From IMG/VR virus record IMGVR_UViG_3300042308_001786: a stretch of 64,000 nucleotides of DNA; one strand, written 5' to 3'. Origin of the DNA: an uncultured virus (IMG/VR IMGVR_UViG_3300042308_001786) (taxonomy: Duplodnaviria; Heunggongvirae; Uroviricota; Caudoviricetes). The notes under the pieces were generated by a model. That model was given only the letters and a program-made list of their open reading frames with translations. It was not told the origin of the DNA and searched no databases. The translations under genes and the position numbers were made by a program. This document shows, piece by piece, positions 24,939-35,107 of this stretch (position 1 is its first letter; the number at the start of each line of letters is the position of its first letter).

Positions 24939-25662
24939 TTTCTTGCCTCAAGTTTTTCAAGATTTTAATTTTCCACCCTTTGTGCTGTTTAATCCTGCCC
25001 CTAGCAACCGACGCAAGATTGTGCTGCTTCATTCCATGTTCTCGCGCAAAAGCGGCCAAGTTATACACGATAAAAACTTGACCAGAAGGCGAGATTGCTT
25101 CATATTCATACCTTGGCGGAGCGCATTCTGATCTCATGCGACGCTCCTCTGGTGATTGCTTGCGCCCTTTCTTTGCTTCGGAAATTTTACGTTTCGACTC
25201 TTCGGTGTGATTGCGACCTTTAAAGCTGCTAGGCATCCCCTTTTTTCCATAGTTTGGGTTACCTGGTCCGGATCTTGATTTTGACATCTTGCGCCTAGTT
25301 TTTTCAGAATGTCGACGGCCCTTGCTCGCTTCCGATAATTTGCGCCTGATTTCAGGAGAAAGCATTACAGTGCCCTCTCCGCCATCGGTGAGATTATGAA
25401 GAGTTCCAGTGCCAAGATCTAGTCGTCCATAAAGCGCAATGCAATATCGCTCAAGAGATAGTGCTTCTTCTTCAGTCAGCCCCTCTTGGATAAAGATAAT
25501 CAGAGACTTGTCTTTTGGTGGGCGAGTTCCGCGATAACGTTTACGAAATGCCCGATTATCCTTGCCTTTGCCAATGTAATAGGGGCTCACGCGCTTGCCA
25601 TTCGCCGAGTCTTTTTCTCTTAAGAATGCGTAAACGTAAAAGCGCCGAGGATCTTTCGTCAT
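24925..25662 (-). CDS. GIY-YIG-like homing endonuclease with NUMOD3 repeats
   Basis: FYVYAF..PYYIGKG, NLTDGGEG, HSEKTRRKMS and HTEESKRKIS repeats. Confidence 0.85.
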   Translation of the reverse strand: MTKDPRRFYVYAFLREKDSANGKRVSPYYIGKGKDNRAFRKRYRGTRPPKDKSLIIFIQEGLTEEEALSLERYCIALYGRLDLGTGTLHNLTDGGEGTVMLSPEIRRKLSEASKGRRHSEKTRRKMSKSRSGPGNPNYGKKGMPSSFKGRNHTEESKRKISEAKKGRKQSPEERRMRSECAPPRYEYEAISPSGQVFIVYNLAAFAREHGMKQHNLASVARGRIKQHKGWKIKILKNLRQENAEV

Positions 25663-26147
25663 AACGCCTTTAGGGTGCTTAAAGATAATAGCTCAGTCTT
25701 CGGAACGAAATATGCAGGGCGCCCTCCCGCTGGATCTTTTTTCCATTGATCTTTCATCGCATCAGCGGCTTTTATCCAACCATGGATAAGCGTAATGCGG
25801 TTTTCAATTGTGACGAGCACCAATATCTTATCTGGACTTTCGTCTAGTTGCACTATTAAATCGTAATAATGTTTAGAGCGAGTTTTAACATCAATATTTG
25901 GAGGAAGATCCGCAGAGCCACGTTTTGCCTCTGTTTCTTGGTAGAGCTTATCTTCCATGTCAAGCATCACTGCGACCGCCATTTCTCCTGCAGCACCGAG
26001 TAAATGATGGCGTAGTGCTAAATCTCCTTTCTCCGCTCCATTGTTCCTGCCTTTTTTGCCTTGCTTTTCGTTGAGAGACTGCCTGCGAAAAGCTTCATCA
26101 CGAGCCCGTTGGCGCTGATCAGGAGTGAAGGCAAAGGTGAGTGGCAT
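25659..26147 (-). CDS. hypothetical protein, possible PD-(D/E)XK nuclease fold
   Basis: GAAGEMAVA...D...IDVKT pattern. Confidence 0.55.
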   Translation of the reverse strand: MPLTFAFTPDQRQRARDEAFRRQSLNEKQGKKGRNNGAEKGDLALRHHLLGAAGEMAVAVMLDMEDKLYQETEAKRGSADLPPNIDVKTRSKHYYDLIVQLDESPDKILVLVTIENRITLIHGWIKAADAMKDQWKKDPAGGRPAYFVPKTELLSLSTLKAL

Positions 26148-26233
26148 CAACCAGTCCATAATGGCCAGCTTCTACGGACAATGTATCCAGGAATTAGACT
26201 GAAAGCAATACAACATAGCCATCAGCGTTCGTT

Positions 26234-28339
26234 ATGGAAGGCGAAGCAATTGATTTAGGGCATGCCACGGCAGGTGGCATTCGCGCGGACGGCCTTCAAA
26301 ACGTGCTGATCGGCATGGGCACTGGTCGTGACAAGGCGCAATACACCAAAACCACTGCTACTGTCTTTCTTGCTCAAGAGGAGCTTGAAAATCTGTATGG
26401 CGAATGGCTGCCTCGTCGCATTGTTGACATTTATGCGGATCAAGCCACTAGGAAAGGCTTTAAAGTGTTGTTTGGCGGTGATGGCGTAAGAGCCGAGGAA
26501 GTACAAGGCATTGAGCAAACGATTGAAGATCTCTACATCCTCGAGCACCTTAACCTTGCAGCCAAAAACTCCCGCCTTTATGGGGGTGCTTGTCTACTTC
26601 TCTTTATTGACGATGGGCGTCCCGCTTACATGCCTGTCGATAAACGCAACATCCGTCGCATTGAAGAAATTGAATGTCTTGATAGATGGCAAATTGCCCC
26701 AGTTATCAACGAAGAAAACTTATACGACTATTCAAAAGCCACTTATTATCAGATCATCTCTGGAGATTTAATTAACGAGCCCACGCTTACTTATATTCAT
26801 AAAGACAGGATTTTGCGTTTTGATGGGGACTGGCTCCCTTATCGCGTGAGGCAACGCAATTATGGCTGGGGCATGAGCAGCTTGCAAACTGTTTATGACA
26901 GCTTCCGTCATTATTGGACTGGTTTAAATTCAGCAGCAACGCTCCTCACTGAATTTGATATTTTTGTTCATAAAGTGAGGGGCTTAGCTGCGATGCTTGC
27001 GGCTGGAAAGGAAAGCTCTATTCGTGATCGTTTGCAGGTGAATGATATGAGCAAGAGCATTTATCGCGGCTACGCGATTGATGCTGAAAAAGAAGAGCTT
27101 GAATTTATTAGTCGGAACTTTGGCGGCATCGGGGAAATTTTAGAAAAGCTTCGCGTGGATATTATTGGCGCCAGCAAAATTCCTCACACTGTTTTATTTG
27201 GCGAAAGCCCTGGCGGTTTGGGCTCCACTGGTCGCAGTGAAGAGCGTGATTTCGCGAAAACCTTGGCGGATTACCAAGGCACGCATTTTAAGCGTCCTGT
27301 CAAGAAGCTAATGGAATACATCATGCTTAGTAAAGAAGGCCCAACGAAGGGAGAGCTTCCTGAATCATGGCGCATCTCCTTCAATCCATTGTTCGAGCTT
27401 AATGAACGCGAAATGGCTGACGTAAGGGCTCGCGTGGCGGCTGTAGATGGCCGTTATATTCAGCTTGGCGTGCTGAGTCCGAAAGAGGTGGCGGACGCTC
27501 GTTATGGTGGCTCTGAGTGGAGCATGGAGCTTACTCTGGATCCATCTGTCATTCGCGAGCTTCCCACTCAAGGCGGGGGTGGCTCCACTCAAAATGGGGG
27601 TGAAAATGGAGGCAAGCTTGCTGTTCCTCCTGGTGGGCGTGATCCAATGAATGAAGAAAATGGCACGCTTCCCATGGATGGAAGCAGGGAAGTGGAAGAC
27701 AGCCGGGAAGATAGTGCTGCTGGCCTTTTCTTGCCTCGTGATCTAGAAGAAATTCGTGGTGACGTAAAATTCACCGATGCCGAGCTTCATTCTCGTGCGG
27801 TGAGTGCTGCCAAGGCGAAATTTAAAGTGTGGCCTTCTGCCTATGCAAGTGGCTACGTAGTGCAGCAATACAAGCAAATGTACAAGAAGAAGCACGGATC
27901 CCTAGCTGGCGCCTTCAAGAGCGACGAAGGTGATTTGCACGCAGATGATCTTGACAAGTGGTTCAAAGAAAAGTGGGTGAGGATTGGAGCCAATGGTGAA
28001 ATCCTTGGCCCTTGCGGCGCTCGCGAAGAAAAGGAAGGCAAGCCGAAGTGTCTTCCCCAGGCAAAAGCTCAAGCCATGAGCAAAGAAGAGCGCCAAACAA
28101 TCGTGCGCCGCAAACGTGCAGCCGATCCCGATCCTGAGCGTAAGGGGCCTGCGAAAATGGTCAGCAGTAAAACGGACGCCATTGAGCCATTAAAAACAAG
28201 CGGGCTCATTCTTGCTGACATTGATGAAGCTTCTCTTATTGATGAAGAGGACATTTCCGCTGCATTGAATCAATGGAAGAAGGAAGCGCCTGAGCGCTTC
28301 AAGGATATTCTGGAGGCAGAGGATGTCCAGCCTCAATGA
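26234..28339 (+). CDS. portal protein (DUF1073 family) with C-terminal extension
   Basis: RIVD..A..ATRKG, SRLYGG, IP.TVLFGESPGGL..TG motifs; position at the start of the head module. Confidence 0.88.
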   Translation: MEGEAIDLGHATAGGIRADGLQNVLIGMGTGRDKAQYTKTTATVFLAQEELENLYGEWLPRRIVDIYADQATRKGFKVLFGGDGVRAEEVQGIEQTIEDLYILEHLNLAAKNSRLYGGACLLLFIDDGRPAYMPVDKRNIRRIEEIECLDRWQIAPVINEENLYDYSKATYYQIISGDLINEPTLTYIHKDRILRFDGDWLPYRVRQRNYGWGMSSLQTVYDSFRHYWTGLNSAATLLTEFDIFVHKVRGLAAMLAAGKESSIRDRLQVNDMSKSIYRGYAIDAEKEELEFISRNFGGIGEILEKLRVDIIGASKIPHTVLFGESPGGLGSTGRSEERDFAKTLADYQGTHFKRPVKKLMEYIMLSKEGPTKGELPESWRISFNPLFELNEREMADVRARVAAVDGRYIQLGVLSPKEVADARYGGSEWSMELTLDPSVIRELPTQGGGGSTQNGGENGGKLAVPPGGRDPMNEENGTLPMDGSREVEDSREDSAAGLFLPRDLEEIRGDVKFTDAELHSRAVSAAKAKFKVWPSAYASGYVVQQYKQMYKKKHGSLAGAFKSDEGDLHADDLDKWFKEKWVRIGANGEILGPCGAREEKEGKPKCLPQAKAQAMSKEERQTIVRRKRAADPDPERKGPAKMVSSKTDAIEPLKTSGLILADIDEASLIDEEDISAALNQWKKEAPERFKDILEAEDVQPQ

Positions 28340-29003
28340 TCTTTCTCAATTTTCCGAAGCCATTGCTCGTTTTGATCAATCATCCTGGCGCTATGACCCT
28401 ATCAGTGGTAGGTATCGCGGCGCCAATGGACGTTTTCTCAGCGCTCGCGCAGTGGAAGCATTGGTGGATGGTCGAATTAACAGGCTTGGTATTGAGTTAC
28501 GGCGTCTTACACGTATGCTTGGCTCTGGCGATATTACGCTGGACCAATGGCAAGGAAGCGTAAGGGAAGCGCTTAAGCTTGTCCATGTACAGGCGGCAAT
28601 TATCGGCAATGGCGGACGTGAAGCAATGGTGGCTACCGACTGGGGGCGCATCGGGCAGCGTCTCCGTGTGGAATATGCTTACTTACAGAATTTTGCTAAT
28701 GACCTTCTGGGCGGTCGCGTTTCTGTTGCCCAGTCTCTTGCTCGCATCGGCCTATATGCTCAAAGTGTACGCGGCAGTTTTTGGGAAGGAGCTAGTATTC
28801 GGCAAGAAAAACAAGGATACACTTTGATGCGGCGTATTCTTGATTCTCAGGCAAAGCATTGTCAGGATTGCCTAAATTATGCAGCTCGCGGCATGGTTCC
28901 CATTGGCAGCGTGCCGCTTCCTGGGCAGCGCTGCGCATGCCGCGCGAACTGTCGATGCAGCGTAAAATACTTCCGACAGCAGGCGCCAGCAGTGGCAGTT
29001 TGA
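28323..29003 (+). CDS. head morphogenesis/minor capsid protein (gp7/MuF-like)
   Basis: Follows the portal; HCQDC...PG..C.CRANCRC motif. Confidence 0.7.
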   Translation: MSSLNDLSQFSEAIARFDQSSWRYDPISGRYRGANGRFLSARAVEALVDGRINRLGIELRRLTRMLGSGDITLDQWQGSVREALKLVHVQAAIIGNGGREAMVATDWGRIGQRLRVEYAYLQNFANDLLGGRVSVAQSLARIGLYAQSVRGSFWEGASIRQEKQGYTLMRRILDSQAKHCQDCLNYAARGMVPIGSVPLPGQRCACRANCRCSVKYFRQQAPAVAV

Positions 29004-29004
29004 G

Positions 29005-29730
29005 ATGGACGTTTTGGTTGGCAGCACTGGATTGATTGGCAGCGTGCTTCGCGAGCACCATGACTTTGACTGTCGTTTTAATTCCGAGAATATTCACCTT
29101 GCTCCATTGTTGAAGGAAGATATTGACACGCTTTACTTGGCATGCTTGCCAGCAGAGAAATGGAAAGCAAACCAGGCGCCAATCGCTGATTTTGACAATA
29201 TGTATCACGTATTGACAAAGATAAGGTTATGGAAACCGAGGGAGGTGATTCTTTATTCAACGATTGATGTTTATAGTCAAACCTATAAATACGTGCAAGA
29301 TTTCCCTGAGATGCACGCCATCGATTATGGCTCTGTGCGCTATATCTTTGAGCTGCTAGTTAAGCAAACATTCCCCAATAGCATTGTTACAATTATTCGC
29401 CTTCCAGCATTATTTCATAAGCGCATCAAAAAGAACATCTTGTTTGACCTGCTGAATCGGCACAACATAGAAAAGATCAATGCCAATTCTTGTTATCAAT
29501 GGTATGATCTAAGCGATTTGTGGACAGACACTAAAGTATGCGAAAAAGGAAAAAGCCATCAATGGTTTTCCGCTCCCATTGAAACACTAGAAATTATTGA
29601 TAAATGGTTCCCATGGGCTAGGACAGAAGTTGACTGCAGCCTTCGCGTTGAATACAATTATGGGCCTTATTTTGCTAGCAAGGAAGCAACCATGAAAAAG
29701 ATGGAGGCTTTTATCAATGCTTGGAATTAG
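29005..29730 (+). CDS. NAD-dependent sugar epimerase/dehydratase-like protein
   Basis: LVGSTGLIG Rossmann motif, STIDVY, IIRLPALF. Confidence 0.8.
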   Translation: MDVLVGSTGLIGSVLREHHDFDCRFNSENIHLAPLLKEDIDTLYLACLPAEKWKANQAPIADFDNMYHVLTKIRLWKPREVILYSTIDVYSQTYKYVQDFPEMHAIDYGSVRYIFELLVKQTFPNSIVTIIRLPALFHKRIKKNILFDLLNRHNIEKINANSCYQWYDLSDLWTDTKVCEKGKSHQWFSAPIETLEIIDKWFPWARTEVDCSLRVEYNYGPYFASKEATMKKMEAFINAWN

Positions 29731-30457
29731 CGCTATCGGCTGGACCGATGAAGAGGAGGAGCAAATCTTAAGTGCAAACGCTGGGGCGTTTAACGTATTA
29801 GAGATTGTACCTGCACGTATTTTTGCTCAAAACAAAGACTATGCCGACATTGCAAAAGAATATCGCGAAAGCTACGGCTTGTGGGTGTATTCAGCTCAAG
29901 CATTATTCTTCCAAAGCAATGTGCAAAGCTTTGAAGATGCAACAGCGGTGTCAGAGCACTTGCTGAAGGTGATTAGCCTTGGTTCTCTCATGGGAATCAA
30001 GCGTTTTGTCCTAGGAAGTCCGAGTCTGCGAAAGGGAAGTCCATCGTTCCTGATGAATGTACTGAAGCGCATGGACGCAGTGCTGGAAGCAAATGGTGCC
30101 ATCCTTTGCATTGAGCCTGTAGCAAAATGCTATGGGGGGTCTTATTTCTTCACAGTGAATGAAATTGTCAATCACATTGATTTTTGTAATCTTAAAAATG
30201 TGAAGACAATGCTTGACACCAATAATGCATGGCTGCAAGGTGATAGCCCTAAAAAGCTGTTGAACCATTACTGGCCCTACATTGCCCACGTGCATATTAG
30301 TGACACTGACAACGGTCCACTGCTCAATAAATACGAGCACAAGCAAATCAAGAGAATGCTTGATGGTATCAACTACGAGGGTGCCATCGTAAGAGAATTA
30401 TTCCAGGCCAAAAAGAATATGCGCGATTATCCGCTATTTCGCAGTATTTACGCTTGA
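29717..30457 (+). CDS. sugar-phosphate isomerase/epimerase (AP-endonuclease-2 TIM barrel)
   Basis: GISAIGW, VLGSP..R, CIEP, LDT, HVHIS. Confidence 0.8.
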   Translation: MLGISAIGWTDEEEEQILSANAGAFNVLEIVPARIFAQNKDYADIAKEYRESYGLWVYSAQALFFQSNVQSFEDATAVSEHLLKVISLGSLMGIKRFVLGSPSLRKGSPSFLMNVLKRMDAVLEANGAILCIEPVAKCYGGSYFFTVNEIVNHIDFCNLKNVKTMLDTNNAWLQGDSPKKLLNHYWPYIAHVHISDTDNGPLLNKYEHKQIKRMLDGINYEGAIVRELFQAKKNMRDYPLFRSIYA

Positions 30458-31425
30458 GACATGGCTTCTTTTGCCATCTCTTCGATGGCATAAATACCTT
30501 GAATTTTTCCCGTGTAAAAAGATAGTAAATTGTCGTGTTGCCTGGAAATGGGAGTGCGTTGAGCACTGGCATTTTTGCTTTTTGCTTTAATTGATACCAC
30601 GGGAAATACGTATTGGAAGTAATCGTTAAATTCGGGCCAGTAGCTCATCGCGTGCTCTTCCATTAAACATCGACGGTCATACATAGACCCATAATTATTG
30701 CCAAAACAATTAATCTGCTTTTGCTCAATAATGCCAAATTTCACATGACTTAGCGAAAACATTGAAGAGCCGTATGGATAGATGGAAAACAAATCTCCGT
30801 CGATAAAAGTGAGGGCGCCAAACGGTGGCGTTTTAAGTGGACGATAAACAAACATTACCACAGCCTCAAAGTAATCTCCATTGACAGCAGGCAAAAGAGA
30901 ATTATTAGTGCAATCAAGAACAAAATCATAGTCTTGCTTTAACAGCGCAATAGAGCTTTCGTTAATCTCTTCTCTTCTGACAATGGGGAGCAATAGCTCT
31001 TCAAAATACTTACCAGTGGCCGTTGGCGATATATATTTTTCAATGGTGTGCAAAATCAGTGAAGAGTGATTTAGCAGGCCCGCATCTGCTTCCGTGTGCG
31101 GCCAATCCTTGAAGATTAATCGAATCGTGTCTGCATCTAGCAGGCTCTCGTCTTCTGACACGGCATAGAAATTATTCTGAATATTCTCTGTTAGGTGACC
31201 ATAGTCAAGCATGAATCGCTCAAACGTATTTCGGCACAACATGCGCGTCGCATGATTTCTGGCGTAGTGATAGCCATAGTGCAGTCGGTTTTGATTGATC
31301 AACGATGTTTCAGAGATGAGCATTTCATTGCGCTCAAACAACGTTACATCAGCTTCGTCTATCAAGCGCGATGCCAAATGACATCCCGTCCAGCCACCAC
31401 CAACGATTGCAATCTTGAGCGCCAT
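30448..31425 (-). CDS. FAD-dependent oxidoreductase
   Basis: IVGGGWTG, NQNRLHYGYHY, DG.LFSIYPY, TGKI. Confidence 0.85.
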   Translation of the reverse strand: MALKIAIVGGGWTGCHLASRLIDEADVTLFERNEMLISETSLINQNRLHYGYHYARNHATRMLCRNTFERFMLDYGHLTENIQNNFYAVSEDESLLDADTIRLIFKDWPHTEADAGLLNHSSLILHTIEKYISPTATGKYFEELLLPIVRREEINESSIALLKQDYDFVLDCTNNSLLPAVNGDYFEAVVMFVYRPLKTPPFGALTFIDGDLFSIYPYGSSMFSLSHVKFGIIEQKQINCFGNNYGSMYDRRCLMEEHAMSYWPEFNDYFQYVFPVVSIKAKSKNASAQRTPISRQHDNLLSFYTGKIQGIYAIEEMAKEAMSQA

Positions 31426-32114
31426 CAAATGTCAATACAAAGCGTTGGCTGCACTCCTTGCCAATTTGACTTGGCCTTGAATAGGTCCAACTGTGGAAAG
31501 TATTCTATGCGGCGAGGCATACCGGTTCCATATACATCAGCATGCCCTTGATAGTTCCATTCATCTGGGCCATGCTTATCTGGGTGGTAAAGGCCAGTAG
31601 GCGAGTCCTGCAGCTTCCAGAGCATGTAGTCCTCGTTAGGCACTCCCCATTGCTTCCATGCTTGCAACGCCTGTGGTGAGCTGTCCATGTTCTTAATTGC
31701 CGTGAGACGATCCTTATGGTGCATGAGGTAGTCCATGCTGTAAAGGCCAATGCTCATTGATGGTGTATGTTTCATCGCCACCTTCTCAAAACCCTCTGGA
31801 GGGTCGTAGACAAGGCTTTTGAAGGCAGGCCCGGCAATGCAAGTGTCGTGAAGGAGAAACCAGAAGGGGCTTATCAGATGGTGCTCAACAATCTCGATGA
31901 GAGGCGTGTATTCAAAAGAGTTTTGCGGAGTGCAAATCATCGGCACGTCGCCGTAATGGTCAATTTGCCAATTCTCTTGCCCCCCATTGACGATCAAAAT
32001 CTCGTTGGCACTGACGCCTGCACGAGTGAGAGAAGGGATAATTACAGGCAGCGTATGAACAGCAAATTTATTACAGGTGCTAATGCAGAAGCGCACAGAA
32101 GACGGTGGCAACAT
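31425..32114 (-). CDS. putative glycosyltransferase (GT-A-like)
   Basis: ILIVNGG, NSFEYT, FLLHDT; context. Confidence 0.55.
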   Translation of the reverse strand: MLPPSSVRFCISTCNKFAVHTLPVIIPSLTRAGVSANEILIVNGGQENWQIDHYGDVPMICTPQNSFEYTPLIEIVEHHLISPFWFLLHDTCIAGPAFKSLVYDPPEGFEKVAMKHTPSMSIGLYSMDYLMHHKDRLTAIKNMDSSPQALQAWKQWGVPNEDYMLWKLQDSPTGLYHPDKHGPDEWNYQGHADVYGTGMPRRIEYFPQLDLFKAKSNWQGVQPTLCIDI

Positions 32115-32176
32115 GACTTTCTCCTTGTGCCGTCAGTATAGAAGCTGCTTATGATGACGAAGATTCCAAGAGAAAC

Positions 32177-33400
32177 ATGGCAAAAATTCTCTACGCTGGC
32201 GACGCATTTGTAGAAACGGGATTTGGGCGAGTGGCCCAATACCTGTTACCTGCTCTGGCTGAGAAGCATGAAGTGGTGGTGATGAGCACGAACTACCACG
32301 GTGACCCTCATCCCGAGGCGAAGAAATATAAGGTGTATCCAGCCATGCTGCATGGATCCGATCCGTTTGGGTCGCATCGCATTTCTGAAATCATTCAGAA
32401 GGAAAAACCTGATCTGGTATGGGTGACAAATGATATCTGGGTGGCGCTTACTTTATGGGACAGGGCGAAGCCATTCAAGGAGCAAATTGGGTTTAAATGG
32501 TTTGTTTACACTCCCATTGATTCCTATGGTTTATTTCCTGAGTTAAACGCGAAGATGCAAGAATGGGATGGTCTCGCCACCTATACGCTATTCGCAAATA
32601 ACGAATTAGTTCGCATGGGCTATGACAAGACAGTTGACATCATCGGCCACGGCACTGATTTTGAAAAATTCTTTCCACTTGACAAGCAGCAATGTCGTCA
32701 AGAACTTGGCGTGCCGCAAGACGCATTTATCGTCTTCAACGGCAACAGGAATCAACCGAGAAAGCGCATTGACCTTACGCTGAAAGCTTTTGTTAAGTTC
32801 GCCAAAGATAAAGACGACGCTCGCCTGTGGTTAAACATGGGCAGCAAAGACTTGGGATGGGACATTATTCCTTTGTTCAAGCGAATTGCTCGCGACGAGG
32901 AGCTTGATCCTACTGGCAAGCTTATTCTTACTAGTCCTCATTTTTCCACTGATAATTGTTTGCCAGTGGAGCAACTGAACAAAGTATACAATGCGGTTGA
33001 TGTGGGCATCAATACTTGCATTGGTGAGGGTTGGGGCTTGGTCAATACTGAACATGGCTCCGTTGGCGTGGCGCAAGTTGTTCCCGACCATACAAGCTTG
33101 GCTGAAATTTTTGACGAACTGCCACGCATTACTTGTAACGCTTCTGAAACCGACAGGAATTATGGCCTTGAGCGCCTACTTCCTGATCCTGATAGTGCCG
33201 CAGAAATCTTGTCGTATTACTACGAAAATCGCGATGCACTGAAGAAAGACGGGCAATGGTGCTACAAGCGTTTGCATGAAGAGCCATTTACTTGGCCGTA
33301 TATTCAGCGGCAATTGCTTGGCGTGGTAGAACGCACTCTCAATGCAAAGGCCGCCGAGCCCGAATTCAAAGGCTTTGGTACTCCCGCAAAAATTGTTTGA
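32177..33400 (+). CDS. glycosyltransferase family 4
   Basis: TGFGRV, NRNQPRK, YNAVD, GEGWGL..E. Confidence 0.9.
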   Translation: MAKILYAGDAFVETGFGRVAQYLLPALAEKHEVVVMSTNYHGDPHPEAKKYKVYPAMLHGSDPFGSHRISEIIQKEKPDLVWVTNDIWVALTLWDRAKPFKEQIGFKWFVYTPIDSYGLFPELNAKMQEWDGLATYTLFANNELVRMGYDKTVDIIGHGTDFEKFFPLDKQQCRQELGVPQDAFIVFNGNRNQPRKRIDLTLKAFVKFAKDKDDARLWLNMGSKDLGWDIIPLFKRIARDEELDPTGKLILTSPHFSTDNCLPVEQLNKVYNAVDVGINTCIGEGWGLVNTEHGSVGVAQVVPDHTSLAEIFDELPRITCNASETDRNYGLERLLPDPDSAAEILSYYYENRDALKKDGQWCYKRLHEEPFTWPYIQRQLLGVVERTLNAKAAEPEFKGFGTPAKIV

Positions 33401-33402
33401 TC

Positions 33403-34119
33403 ATGCAAATTTCACAAATCTTCCTTTCAACTGATCCGTCAGAAGCGCTTAGCCCTTTCCTGAAACACGCTACGGGAACTATTGACGCATGCTTTCCCGA
33501 GGCGAAGCATGTTATTTACAACAGCGACTCACTTCGCGCCTTCATTGCTAATAACTATGAAGAAGAAGTGTTGTGGGCTTACGACACGCTCAAGCCGTTT
33601 TCTTACAAAGCAGATCTTGGTCGTTTCTGCTTGCTAAACAAGCTTGGTGGCTGGTATTTTGATATTGGCGTGAGGGCTTTTAATGCAGTGGAGCTTGGTG
33701 ATCGCATCAAGTTTCTTGCCTTCCGCGACATTCAGCGTTTTAGCTACACAAGCTGGGCGTGCGCCACAACAGTGCTTTATTCTCAGCCCGATAATCCTGC
33801 GTTGCAAACTGCCATTGAAATGATTGTGGCAAATTGCGTGCAACAATACTATGGCATCACTCCATTGTGTCCTACTGGCCCTGCGCTGCTTGGTAAAGCT
33901 TTGGCAGCGAATGGAAGCCAAGCTGATTTTGTTTATGGAGACTATCTTGAGCTGACGCCCACTCACGGCCAAAAGAATAGGGCTTTCGTTCTGCCTGATG
34001 GCACGATCATGGCATGGAGTAAGCCTGCTGGCGGTGGCGATTTGACGGGACTTGGCGCTAAAGGCGTCAACAATTACAATGAGCTGTGGCAAGCTCGCAA
34101 GGTGTATGGCGATGATTGA
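33403..34119 (+). CDS. GT32-like (DXD) glycosyltransferase
   Basis: YKADLGRFCLL...GGWYFD, PTGP. Confidence 0.8.
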   Translation: MQISQIFLSTDPSEALSPFLKHATGTIDACFPEAKHVIYNSDSLRAFIANNYEEEVLWAYDTLKPFSYKADLGRFCLLNKLGGWYFDIGVRAFNAVELGDRIKFLAFRDIQRFSYTSWACATTVLYSQPDNPALQTAIEMIVANCVQQYYGITPLCPTGPALLGKALAANGSQADFVYGDYLELTPTHGQKNRAFVLPDGTIMAWSKPAGGGDLTGLGAKGVNNYNELWQARKVYGDD

Positions 34120-34822
34120 TAGCACGATCTATGCAGTTTGCATTGCTGGCGAGAAAGTGCGTTACACGGCCAAGTCTCGCATTGTGCCAATCATGGGGGG
34201 AAGTTATGCGTTAACTGACGACGAGCGCGAAAAATTGCGCTTAGAAGGCTATGTTTTTGACGACGAAAATGCTTTTCTTTCTGGGCTAAATAGTCGCTGT
34301 GGCGAACTGTCTTGCGTGCATTGGATGATCCGCAACGCCAATGAAGAAAATATTGGCAATGCCCAGTATCGGCGCAATTGGATAGAGCCACAAGGTGAAT
34401 GGTATTGCCCAGAAACGCTTTACTTGCCTGAGCCTGCTCAATTTTCTTGCACTCTTGAGCAACAATTTTATGGAGGACATTCTGCTTTTAATGCACCAGC
34501 GATCACGCGAGAATTGGCCGACACAAAAGAATGGTTGTTTTCTCGGGAAGAAATAGATCAGATTTGGGCGCAGTCTTTATTTATTGGCTGCAACATGGCG
34601 CGTGGCCCACGGCAAAGTTATAAGCAATTTATGGGAATTCTGCTTTCAGCATTGGGGCCAATTTGGCTTAAGCATAAGGAGCATTTTCGTTCCATTGATG
34701 GTTATGACAAGCGTGCAATTGCTTTTATTGCAGAACGCTTGATTACTGGCATGGTTTTATGCAGAGATAGGATTTTGCCAGGCGTTAAGATAGCTACGGC
34801 TCCGATAGGATTTATTAATTGA
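34112..34822 (+). CDS. DUF4422-like glycosyltransferase-associated protein
   Basis: LNSRCGELS..HW, QYRR, CNM, RAIAFIAERL. Confidence 0.7.
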   Translation: MIDSTIYAVCIAGEKVRYTAKSRIVPIMGGSYALTDDEREKLRLEGYVFDDENAFLSGLNSRCGELSCVHWMIRNANEENIGNAQYRRNWIEPQGEWYCPETLYLPEPAQFSCTLEQQFYGGHSAFNAPAITRELADTKEWLFSREEIDQIWAQSLFIGCNMARGPRQSYKQFMGILLSALGPIWLKHKEHFRSIDGYDKRAIAFIAERLITGMVLCRDRILPGVKIATAPIGFIN

Positions 34823-34840
34823 TTGCGCTCAAAATTGATC

Positions 34841-35107
34841 ATGACTACCAAAGAAAAGCAAGCCAAAGTTGCAAAAGTAATGCGTGAATTTAAGGCTGGC
34901 ACCTTGAAAGGAAGCGACAAGAAGCCCGTGAAGAATCGCAAGCAAGCGATTGCTATTGCTCTCTCGGAAGCTGGCATGAGCCGTCAAGGTAAAAGTGATG
35001 CTTATTGGGACAATTATTTCATGACTCTCATTGGAGAGGAGGAAGAAGAGGAGGAAGAGGAAGAGAACGAAGAGATGGAGGACGGTTCCTGCGGAAAAAA
35101 GCGCTGA
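34841..35107 (+). CDS. DUF6496-like small basic protein with acidic tail; ends in a slippery site
   Basis: KVAKVMREFKAGTL...KNRKQAIAIALSEA. Confidence 0.8.
   Translation: MTTKEKQAKVAKVMREFKAGTLKGSDKKPVKNRKQAIAIALSEAGMSRQGKSDAYWDNYFMTLIGEEEEEEEEEENEEMEDGSCGKKR

Noticed and set aside
23571..25662. Group I intron or intein in the terminase
   Set aside because: terL reads as a complete uninterrupted ORF; the endonuclease is upstream and only overlaps its start
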